Positions 25,628 to 36,208 of a stretch of 64,000 nucleotides of DNA are shown here, one piece after another. Location: contig NW_015164185.1 of NCBI RefSeq assembly GCF_001447785.1, positions 689,002-753,001 on the forward strand, written 5' to 3'. The notes beneath the pieces are model-generated. The model was not told where the DNA came from, did no database searches, and saw only the letters and a program-made list of their open reading frames with translations. This DNA is from Gekko japonicus (lineage: Eukaryota). Every line of letters begins with the position of its first letter. The first letter of the stretch is position 1. Both the position numbers and the translations under genes were made by a program.

Positions 25628-26770
25628 CTACCTTCCGTGTCTAGACAAGGGCTGCACATAAGACTTGTATGTCGAGGAACGCCACCTCCCCAGTCACTGA
25701 ATATCGCGTGCTGGGTACCCCATGGCCACTGCTGTGGAAGCAGCTCCAATGTGAAAAGAGTGGGTGCAAAAACGCCTCCCAGCAAGCCCCAGCTTCACTA
25801 AAGCCCTAGTGGTGACCATCAAAAAATGATGTTTTGTTAAGGGGGTGCCATCCTGGTGCTGAAAAAGTAGGCCTGCCCGAATCCCCCTTACTGCCAGGTA
25901 GGCAGCTAAAGCTGCCACGGGACACACCTGCTTCTCAGCACAAGCGCCCAGCTCGACAACTGAACCTCACTGCCACTGTATGATTGGCCAGCCCGTGCGC
26001 CTTGCTGGCATATGCCAAGGCAGACAACAGCCCCTTTATCGAACTAATCGCCAAACCCTTACCTTTTGATGCCACACAAAAATGCAAAAGGTGCTCCACA
26101 GGAACAGGCCACAACCTAGGATACCCTTTGTTGTTCAGTCGCACAGTCGAGTCCGACTCTTTGTGACCCCATGGACAAGATCACGCCAGTCCCTCCTGTC
26201 TTCCGCCGTCCTCTGAAGTTGGCTCAATTTCATGTTCGTTGCATCTATGACACTGTCTAACCATCTCATCCTTTGCCATCCCCATCTTCTTTGACCTTCA
26301 ATCTTTCCCAGCATCACGGTCTTCTCCAGTGAGTGCTCACTTCTCATTTGGTGGCCAAAGTATTTGAGCTTCAGTTTCATTATCTGGCCTTCCAGGGAAC
26401 AGTCAGGGTTGATTACTTTTAGGATTGACTGATTTGATCTTCTTGCAGTCCAAGGGACTCTCAAGAGTCTTCTCCAGCACCATAGTTCAAAAGAATCTAT
26501 TCTTCGGTGCTCGGCCTTCCTTATAGTCCAACTCTCGCAGCCATACATGACTACTGGGAATACCATTGCTTTGACCATGCGGACTTTTGTTGGCAGGGTG
26601 ATGTCTCTACTTTTTATCTTGCTGTTTAGGTAGGATACCCTACCTCCTGTCTAAATTCCGAGAACTGGGTGACCACCCGGTCATAAGCCTGTTTGGTGTT
26701 TGGCACTATGGCTAGTCCTATTGCCCCACACACTTCTGCCTTCCAACCAAACATAGCCCCGGTGGCATCC
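25628..26770 (-). pseudogene. Tyrosine recombinase ORF of element 1 (BovB insertion and internal deletion)
   Basis: WPVPVEHLLHFC, CPVAALAAYL, THSFHIGAASTA (HSFRIGAA-like) and GRWRSSTYKSY. Confidence 0.85.
26128..26630 (-). mobile_element. Young 5'-truncated RTE-BovB LINE nested in the YR ORF
   Basis: Open frame VKAMVFPVVMYGCESWTIRKAE...GVTKSRTRL, (caa)n tail, perfect 11-bp TSD TAGGATACCCT (26117-26127, 26631-26641). Confidence 0.95.
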
Positions 26771-29500
26771 ATACCGGCTGGGAGTCAGTGTCTCGGGCCA
26801 GCTAATGGAACCTCTCCATCTGTTTACGAGAGAGAGCATCAGCCACCCCATTGTCAACCCCCGGCACGTGCCGGGCAAAAAACAAAATATTTAGCTGGAG
26901 GCAACAAAGTGTAAAGGCCCTGACCAGATGCATGACGTGTTGGGATCTGGATGATAGGGAATTGATGACCTGCACAACCGCAAGGTTATCGCACCAAACG
27001 TACACCGTGTGGTTGGCTAACTCCTCCCCCCACAGGTGAACTGCCACTAGGATAGGAAAGAACTCCAGAAAAGTCAGGTCAGTCGTCAGCCCCTCTGCGA
27101 CCCAGGATGCTGGCCACGCTTCAGTGCACCAGCGCCCACGGAAGTAAACACCGAAATCAGAGGACCTGGCTGCATCCGAATGGACCTGAAGTTCTGCTTC
27201 CAATCTAAGATCCTCTCTCCAAAATGAAATGCTGTTGAAAGAGGTGAGATACTCAAAAAGAAAAAAGAGAGAAAGAAAGAGGCGAGAAACTCCAGCCACA
27301 TTTCCAAATCCTGCTGGATGCCAGCGGTGATCCGGATCCTGTAGTGAGGGAGTCGCAGCCCGGTCATCATGGCACACAACCTGCACAAAAAGGCCTGGCC
27401 AGGCACCACCACCTTACATGCAAAATTAAGTTGACCAACCAACTGCTGTAGCTCCCTCAAGGTGACCCTCCATCTGCGTAGAAATTCACTGATTCGACTG
27501 TGCAGGAACGCCAGCTTGCATGCCGGCAGCTGGGAAGCCTGTGCCACCGAATCCAATTCTACCCTCAGGAATGTTAGCACCTGGGCCAGATCTTCAGTCT
27601 TTTCCTGAGCTAAAGGCACCCCCAACTCGCCTGCCAGAGACATGAAAGAACCCAGCAACTGTCCGCACTGTCCAGAACCCTGGGGGCCCATGAACAGAAA
27701 GTCATCCAAATAGTGTGCCACTGTGCTCAACGTGCACAGAGAGCCCACTCCAGAAAGGAGCTAAAGTGCTCAAAAGTGACACAGGAAATGGAGCAGCCCA
27801 TAGGCAGAGCCTGATCTAAATAGAACTGGCCCTCAAAACAAAAACCCAGCAGCTCAGATCCCTCCGGGTGCACTGGGAGAAGGTGAAATGCAGACTTAAT
27901 GTCACATTTCGCCATCTCCGCTCCCCTCCCACAGCGGTGTACAATGTGCACCGCCTGATTGAAGGAAGTGTACCAGACGGAGCACAAAGCCTCAGGAATG
28001 GCATCATTGACTGAACAGCCCTTAGGATAAGAGAGATGATGGATGAGACGGAACTCCCCAGGAGCCCTTTTGGGCACAATACCCAATGGGGACACGTGAA
28101 GGTTGGGGACGGGGGGGGAGGAGAAAGGTCCTAGGACCCTACCCTCCTGCAGTTCCTTGTCAATCTTTTCCCTAACCATGTGCTCCATACCCCCTATGGA
28201 TCATAAGTTACCTGCCATGAAGGGAGCCCTCTCACCCTGGTAAGGTATGTGGAAGCCCTGTGAAAAACCTTTTAAAAAATATAAACTATTGGAACATAAG
28301 CTACATATCTCTATCCCATGGTTCCTCTACCTACAACTCAATCATGTAATATCTACCTTAAAGATTTTCTCTCTTCCTCCTAAAACTGTATTTGAAAACA
28401 TATTAGCTTCTACTGGGACCTCATCAAAAGGATTGATCTCTAAAGTCTACAATATCTTACCAGATCTCCACAGTACAAATGACCTACCATACAGAAATAA
28501 GTGGCAATCAGAGTGCAACCTCATATTCACGGACGAAATCTGGGATCGAGTTTGGTCCTCATCTACACTTAAATCACCAATCATCAGTACGCAGCTACAA
28601 TCATATAAAAGTATAACTCAATGGTACCGAAAACTAGCGTTATCCTCACCAAATTCTTCACCACTCTGTTGGAGGAACTCTGGAAGTATTGGGACTTACG
28701 CCCATTGTTGGTGGGAATGCCCAACTGTTAACTCTTTCTGGCACGAAGTTCTCACTCAGATTAAAATTATTACGGGCTATGAAGTCCCCCTGAAACCAGA
28801 AATACTTTTTCTCAACATCTGGCAAGATATCCAAATACCATCGATTCGGAAAGACCTCATATCTAGCTTAATAGTTGCAGCAAGATCCTGCATAGCCTCC
28901 AGATGGAAGTCCCATCTCACCCCCACAATTGAGCTATGGTTTACAAAAGTCTGGGATTTTTTTATTCTAGAAAAAATTACAGACCAAGTCCGGTGTACAG
29001 ATCAATTTCCTAAGATGACCTCATTCTCTGCGAAATGGCTGCCCTTCTTTAACAAAATAACGGAAGAAAAATATTCAAACCATAAACATATATTACACTA
29101 GTTGTGTGCCACTAAGCTAAGCAATACTCCAGATAGAATTACCCTATAACACATCTAAGTTAGCACTATTTAGTTAATCTCTTGTTGTACAAGAAGTATA
29201 ATGTTCTATGTGTTCCAAAAGTTGTATTGATACCTACAACACTTGTTACTCTTGTAATACTCTCCACCAGACTTGGAAATTTTGAATGTTGCTGTTTTAT
29301 AAAGCTGTATTCATTTATAAAAAATATTAATAAAAAAGTTCATGAGAAAAAATATATAAAATATTGGAACATTGAGGATAACTATGTAACAGCAACTCAA
29401 ACACTCTCAACCTTATGGGCATTGGCCCCCTTTCCATGCACCTGCCCAGATCCACCCCCCTCTGGCCTTCTGCAACCTTTACGGGGCTTTCCATGGAAGC
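26760..29500 (-). pseudogene. RT/RNase H (pol) ORF of element 1, interrupted
   Basis: SPLGIVPK..FRLIHHLSYP, AKCDIKSAF, LPMG, HYLDDFLF, HSDAA, WCDN, HVPGVDNGVADALSR. Confidence 0.9.
28298..29346 (+). mobile_element. 5'-truncated L1 (ORF2 C-terminus and 3'UTR) nested in Ngaro pol, antisense to it
   Basis: Open frame to 29101 with zinc-knuckle-like CWRN..GTYAHCWWECP, AATAAA near 29329, TTTT/AA target site, ~24-bp degenerate TSD aaaaaatata..tattggaacat (28274-28297, 29347-29372). Confidence 0.85.
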
Positions 29501-31039
29501 ATGCTGAGAAGGGGTGCGGGCCCGCGCACAAGGGGCATTCATGTCGATACTGGCATGCCTTATGGTTACACACTCCTTGGGCCCCAAATTCCCAGCAAAT
29601 CTGGCAGGGTTGAACCACCTGCCCCACCTGAGGGCAGGGACCAGAGGACATGGTCAAATGCTGGACTAGATGGCCGCTGTGTGATCGATCCCCCATGTTT
29701 GGCCTGGAAGAGGCCATAACCTGCAGCCAAAGCTGGGGGTGGATCTGATCCCAATGCAAGGAAGGGTTCATGGCAGCACACATCCTGAACTCCTTGTCAT
29801 ATTGGAGCCAGGTGGGGCTGGTAAAACTGGTATAGCCCTTGTAAATTATGTCAAAATATTGGAACAGTGATACTGACCAGCATGGTTGTGCTTTAGAAAA
29901 CACACCGGCATATATAAGGAAACCTGCCACCCAGTTGGCCCAGGTTCTATCTACCTTCATCTTCCTATACTTTTCCTTGTCCCTATCCTCAAGCTCTTCC
30001 TTCTCCTTCCTTTCCAGTTCCCAGAACAGAAGTGTAAAAACATTCATGTATTTTCGCCACCCAGTTGGCCCAGGTTCTATCTACCTTCATCTTCCTATAC
30101 TTTTCCTTGTCCCTATCCTCAAGCTCTTCCTTCTCCTTCCTTTCCAGTTCCCAGAACAGAAGTGTAAAAACATTCATGTATTTTCCCCTGCAATTTTTCC
30201 CCCTAGTGGCAGGTAGCAGGTGGTCACCTAATGGGAGTGCCAAATCCCCAAAGGGGAGGCCAGTGGTGGGAGCCACTGCGTATGATACACCGCAAGGCGA
30301 TGGACCACTCCACCATGGTGTGCCAGACATGCTGCAGTGCTGTGCAGATGCAGCATTACAAAAAGACTGAGGGGTGCAGATGATAAAGCAGTGCCACATG
30401 TCTGACCACAGGACAGATCTGCAGGACAGATACTGAGCCTCTAGCAGCAGGTTGGCCCCAGGGCCAACTGCCTACAGTGTGGTGCATTCCACACTTACTT
30501 GCCTCTGTGGAAGGGCCAGCCTGGGCGCCAGTCGGGCGTTGCTGCTCTGAAGCTATTGATTCAGGAGGTGTGCCAATGTTCTGACTCACAGAGGCCCCAT
30601 CCTTGCTTGCCCCATGTGTGGCAGTGTGCCCTGCTGCCGCGGAAGGGCCAGCCAGGGCATTGGTCGGGCATTGCTGCTCTGAAGCCATCAATGTAGAAGG
30701 TGCACCCAGGTCCTGATCCATGGAGGTCCCATCTGTGCTTGCCATATGATTGGCAGTGCGCCCTTCAACAAGAGACAAATGAGTTAAAACCTCCAGTTGA
30801 AAACGCTTATTGGCAGCAGAGCGTCTTTCTTTACACCCCCGTGCTCCACCTCCAGGCCTAGCACAAGGGAGTGATACTCCTGTGGCCTGCTCAACAGCCT
30901 TCAACTGATCCAGAATAGCCTGCTGCACCTCATTGTCCTCATCATCCGTAGAGGACAGGGCAGGAGTGGGCCATTTAGGGGGTGGCTTGGATGCTGGCTG
31001 TTTTCCCTTAGAATGGCCAGAGCCTTTTTTGGGAGCCAT
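29397..31039 (-). pseudogene. gag-like ORF1 of element 1
   Basis: Basic N-terminus MAPKKGSG, acidic/helical segment, PFGDLALPLGDHL, RTWANW, WLQYD.EFR and C-terminal CWEF..C...C.YRHECPLCAGPH zinc finger. Homologous to element 2 gag. Confidence 0.85.
29926..30185. repeat. Apparently perfect 130-bp tandem duplication inside gag
   Basis: 29926-30055 is repeated at 30056-30185. Confidence 0.95.
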
Positions 31040-32232
31040 GCTAATACCTCTATTGACCAGCAAGCAGGGCAAGGAACACCCCCCCCCCCCGCCGCCAACA
31101 GGCAGTTGCATAGCTGCTTGCACCAATAACTGCAGGAGCTAGGATTAAAAAGTAGCCAACCGGAGCTAGGTAACAAAATGGCCGGCCTGAGCCAGTGTTT
31201 AAAATGGCTGACCAGAACTGGCCACAAATTGGCTGACCAGTCCCAGACCAAAATGGCCGTTTGAACAAGGGCAACCACTTGCCTCCTCCACCCCAGTGGA
31301 TAGCCACCTGGCCACCCAATGAGACCAGACAGGCTGCTTACCTATCACAGACCCAGCCAAGCTGCCCCCAGAACACACTGGGGGGGGGGAAAGGAGTGGA
31401 GAGGGGGAAAGGCCAAGAAGATAGGGCTGCCGACCGAAAGACCCCCTATGAATGCAGGCTGCAAGCCACTACAACAGGCCCATTCCACCCGCAGCCCCAC
31501 CCCAGAGGGGGGCCCAGTCTGCACTACCCCCCCAGGCACAAATCCCGCACTCTTGCCACTGCCTCAGAGCTCCTCACTCCTCTTGATGACTGGCCTTCAC
31601 CCACCGCCAGGCGTGCTGAAATACTGGCACCCAACCCAGCTACTGTGCCAGAAAACGGGCCCACCACCACCCACTGCACACTCCCTGCTGCCCCAGGCAA
31701 GCACTACTGAGAAGCCCCAATATGCTGCCACCGCCTAGCCTCTGTGCTGCTCAATGCTGCAGGGACCCGACTGGCCCCCTTACCATCACTGCATCTGCCG
31801 CGGTGAGCCTCTGGGCCAGTCCACATTGCCGAGGCCCAACCGACCCCGCCACCACATCAGCCACTGCACTGACGCTCCGCTCCCACAGGCACCGCAAGTC
31901 CCACCACCGCCAATCCACCGCTAATCCACCGCCAAGGAGGCCACACCCAGGCAGGCCAGCCGTCAGCCTGAAAAGGAGTTCCCACCATGCAGCCTGCCGA
32001 GCAGGTAGGTCCAAAAAGAAGGCACGCTGCGGAGCTCCTTGCCAGCTGAAGACCAAACGGTACTGCTGGCAAGGAGAGGAGGGGCCGGGGTTTTAAGCCA
32101 CTTGGCCCCTCCCACCTAGAATACCCGTATGAGGTGCTTTTGGTGCCTCAATTGGGGCCCGCCTCATCCGGCTGGGAGACAAAGGTGTCTCCCCAGCCCA
32201 ATGGCTGCAAGGGCCAAGGGCTGTTTGAAACG

Positions 32233-32288
32233 TATTAGGGGTGTGTCACCTAATATGAAAAGGAGCTCCTGCTACAAAAAGAGCCCTG
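32233..32288. mobile_element. Right part of the MITE split by element 1
   Basis: attaggggtgtgtcacctaatatgaaaaggagctcctgctacaaaaagagccctg, inverted repeat of 24462-24515. Confidence 0.8.
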
Positions 32289-33267
32289 CACCTGTTACAC
32301 TTCAGATCGCAATGGTATTCTTTTATTTTCAAGGAGCCCTGCTTCATCCCTCCTTTGATTCTTTTCCCAATAATCCAGGTTCAGATGATTTATTTAGTGC
32401 TCAAATTGTGTTTGTTTTATGCTTGCTTTATTGCTATTTTTTAGACATTTGGATAGGGGGTTTTTTGGCTTCTTGTTCTTAATCAATTAGACTGAACCAA
32501 TGTGTTAAACGTGTCTGTGTCTGGTAAGGTAATTGTTTCTGAAATTGACCATTAAATATGAATTGAATGTGTGAAACAGGAAGTCTGACATTTGACACTG
32601 AATTTTTAAACCACGGTATCTCAATATTCAGTAGAATTCAGTCACAGTGATAAATTCGTTTTACCTCAAGCAAGGAAAATTTATCTTGATCCTGTAATTA
32701 TTTTGTCATGAAATTGGACTCAAGTAACCAGTCTTCTCCTGCTGGTACTATGTTCTTTGAACAGGCACTACTCATAATGGCATCAGGATCTACCAAGATT
32801 TGGATTTATTTATTTACTATATTTATATGCTACTTTTCCCCTGAAACACAGGACTCAAAGTGGCTTAAAATGTTAAAGGTGTAGCAAATATGAGTAAAAT
32901 CACTTAAAATTCAAATATATCAAAACAGATATCGCTCATGCCTGTCACTATAAAATTCAAAATATGAGAAAAATGGGAGAAAATTTCTATACCAGCAAGA
33001 AACCACCTACAGAGACAAAAAAAAAAATCAGCTATGAAACACAAAATTAAGAACAGAGAAACAAACCATTGAAAAGGTGATGGTCTGCAGGTCAAAATAG
33101 TAAACTGCCTCTCCCTTTCCCAGTCCCTCATTGTCATGGACAGGGTAGGTTCTGCCTTTCCCTATGAGTCACTAGTGTCCATCCCCAGTGCGATGAAATC
33201 ACTCATCACATCCCACTTTTTTCCTACTGTTTAAAAAGAAGATTCCCTTTAAATGGTGGGGGGAAGT

Positions 33268-33520
33268 GAGGCAGGAGCTGGCTGCTCCCCACTTGGAAAG
33301 AGCGGATGCTCCTGCCTTGCAAGAGGTGAACATGCCTCTTGCAAGGCAGGTGCTGGTGGCCCCCACTCAGAAAGAGCAGGCTGTGGGCGCTCCTGCCTTG
33401 CAAGAGGTGAACATGCCTCTTGCAAGGCAGGAGCTGGCAGCCCCCACTTGGAAAGACTGTCATGCGCCTGCCCTGCAAGCAGCAGATTTGCCACTCGCAG
33501 GGCAGGCAGCACCCACTTTT
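33268..33520. repeat. Imperfect ~75-80-bp tandem repeat with internal hairpins, within an LTR-like segment (~33132-34297)
   Basis: Unit ggcaggagctgg..cccac..gaaaga..ctcctgccttgcaagaggtgaacatgcctcttgcaa. The surrounding segment starts tgtcatg, ends gtcaca and contains AATAAA, but no TSD was found. Confidence 0.6.
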
Positions 33521-34322
33521 TCAAGTGGGGTTACAGAGGACTTTTGGGGGTGGGGCTCCCCCCACCAGCCAGCTAGTGAGCATTGGGGAAGAGCCCTAAA
33601 TATTGGGAGCCCCCGCCGGCACCTGGGGACTGGCATCCCTAGACCAATGAGAGCTGACAAAATGATGGGGAGAGTCAGTTGGAAAACCATAGTTAAGTTG
33701 GCAGTTGGGAGTTCGCAACTGGGGAGTGGAGCGGGGAAAAGAGGATGTGAAGCTGTTGAGAAAAGCTGCTTAGAGTGGTCTGAAAATAGCCAGCTTGTAA
33801 CCCAAGGATCCCAATTGCAGGAACAGGATCACAGTTCAAAAGTTCAGTGGTAGCAAAATATAACTTCTACCTTGTTTTTTGGTGTTATTGCCATAAATAC
33901 ACTAACTTCTTGTTTTGTTTAGCTCTATGAGCTGCATGTCTAAGGGAAAGAAACACACAATTTAATATCTCACTCTCTGTATTATAGGATATGAATAAAT
34001 GATGGCAGCATGTGAATGGAACAATGTTTGAGCCCCCAAACCCCAATAACTGTGTGTGAGTGAGGGCCTGTTGTTAAAGGGAGCCCCCTGTTTGTGGATA
34101 TCTCTGTGAGAGAGGTTCTGAGGGGGCATGGTCAAGGTTCTCTATATATTTTCCAACAAAGGAGAAGGCTGGTGAATGTCCTAGCCAATTGATAACCCTG
34201 AACCTGAGGTTTTAGAGGTGATAGGTGCTCTGTGTGAGTGAGGAAAGGGATGTCACACTGGTCTTTATATCATCTCTAGGCCAGGGCACAGTCACAGCTC
34301 TACAGGTACAATGAGAAACTGG

Positions 34323-36208
34323 CAGGGTCGGCCCCAGCTTTTTTTGCACACTAGGCGAGAATACCTTCTAGCGCCTCCCCCCCCCCCCCGGGGCCCCCAC
34401 ACAATTTTAACGCAACCCTTCCAGCCCCCCCCCCCCCCCCCCGGGTGCACCCACCAATTTTCAAACATAAATGCAGGAAGAATGAAAAACACAAAATTTG
34501 AAATTGCTAATTTCTTTTTTCTTTCATTGTGAGAAAAAGTAATACAATCTCTGATTTTCTCTCTCGTACAGAGAAACACAAGGCATTTTGAAAAATCCTG
34601 TTAATTGTGATGTTGAAATTTAAGTCTCTTTAGTGTTTCCATTTCAGGCACATCATATTCTGACCCTAATCCTAATCCTGGCTTGAGTCCAGTGGCACCT
34701 TTAAGATCAACACATGCGCTTTTTTGTGCACAAACACTCTTCTCAGGACAGTCCAGGATGGACCTCCCAGTCCCAGATATCCCAAGCCAGCCCATCCACC
34801 AACACAGCTCCAAAGGAAAAAGGAGTATTCACCTAAACCTTGTAACACAGCAAGCCATAGCCTTAAGATTTCAGAGATGAAGGGAGGATTTTTGACTACA
34901 CATCTCTCGAGTCCAGCAGGCCCTTGACTTCCCAGAAAACCAGGAATCTTCTACCCAGGGGTTATTTTATTAAGAGACCGTTCCTGCACACATACAGAAC
35001 TTTTTAAAGAGAGATGTGTAGTTACTAAACTGTGCCTGTAAACCAAGGAAGTGAATGTACTTATTCCAGTGTTCTCAGCCATTCATCCAAAACTCATGCT
35101 GGCTTACCCATGACAGTAAAACAACAACAACAACACACCAAAAAAAAATACCACAGAAATTGAAGTTTCCAGGAAAAAGCAACACAAATACAAAAGCTCT
35201 AACCTCCCCACCAGAAGGGACGGGGAGGAGAGGGAATCTGCTTCAGTGTCCTGCTGTGGAAGTGACCCAAAGCCAAACAAGGGGAACTAAATACCACTAA
35301 CTAAATACCACCTTTATTCTAATCCTACAGTTACCTTTCTCTATAAAGGCACATGAGCACATAAATCTGCCTTATACTGAATCAGATATTTTTGGTCCAT
35401 CAAGGCCAGTATTGTCTCCTCAGAGTAGCAGCAGGTCTCTAGTAGAGGTCTTTCACATCAGCAACTACCTGATCCCTTTAACTGGAGATGCTGGGGATTG
35501 AACCTGGGACATTCTGCATACCAACCCCATGCTCTATCAGGCACCCTTTGGCCAGCCTCTAACCATCAGCTTCTCCCCCCTATCTGTGTTACAGAGATAA
35601 TTATAACAATGTACGTTCCAGGGCTGTTGTAAGGATTCTAGCTTCACATTTAAACATTTTTTCCCCAAAATATATCCTCTCATTTGCCTGCCCACCAGGC
35701 AGTTGGGAGTGGGTTTTTTAAAGACATTTTGGAGACGGGTGGTTTCCTTCTCCTGTCAAGATAGTTGCTTTTTATTAAAAAAATCTTAAGTCTCCCTCAC
35801 CTGGCTGCACTCCCCCCCACCTCCCAAATATGACTGCTTCACTGCACCTTTTGCTGGTGCTGCTCTTCTCCAATGTTACCTTGCCCCCCTGGAGATGGAA
35901 GGCAGCAATGGGTGCAGCAATGTTGTGCGGGTTGTGAGCACAGTGGGGGGCAGGCCTTGAGCACCTGGGTCAAGTGTGGCTGGGGAGGGCGGGATTGCAG
36001 CCTGACGGAGGGAGGGAGGGAGGGCGGTCGGGGGTGGGTCTGGCAGGCTGCAGCAGGAGGTGCTGGCGGGATGATGATGGGGCAGCCAGGGGAGAGAAAG
36101 AGGTGGTGGCTGGGGGCAGCAATGGCGGGGGGAGGCACAGTTCGGTGCCCACATCCAGGGCCCGCCCTAGGCAAAAGTCTAATTTGCCTAGTGGGTGGGC
36201 CGGCCCTG
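34323..36208. mobile_element. Probable ~1.9-kb non-autonomous hAT element carrying secondary insertions
   Basis: TIRs cagggtcggccc / gggccggccctg, with flanks gaaactgg / ggagctgg (6/8 match, two transitions). Confidence 0.5.
35350..35545 (-). mobile_element. tRNA-derived SINE with CR1-like tail (Squam2-like)
   Basis: Reverse B box ggggattgaacctgggac and tail ctgccttatactgaatcaga..tggtccatc. A related 3' piece lies at ~61740-61845 (+). Confidence 0.6.

Larger units (their letters stand above)
24583..32236 (-). mobile_element. Ngaro-type (DIRS order) tyrosine-recombinase retrotransposon, element 1, decayed with nested insertions
   Basis: Order is gag (zinc finger), RT (YLDD), RNase H, YR, SGNH. 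No methyltransferase after RNase H. 3' terminus is homologous to the B repeats of element 2. TATT is shared at both junctions. Confidence 0.9.

Noticed and set aside
31050-32100. Multiple 100-150-aa ORFs in the leader of element 1 and in GC-rich MITEs
   Set aside because: Expected from high GC content. No domain motifs and no counterpart in element 2.
33268-33520. CRISPR-like array of palindromic repeats
   Set aside because: Eukaryotic context, and the intervening sequences are similar to one another, so it is a tandem repeat.
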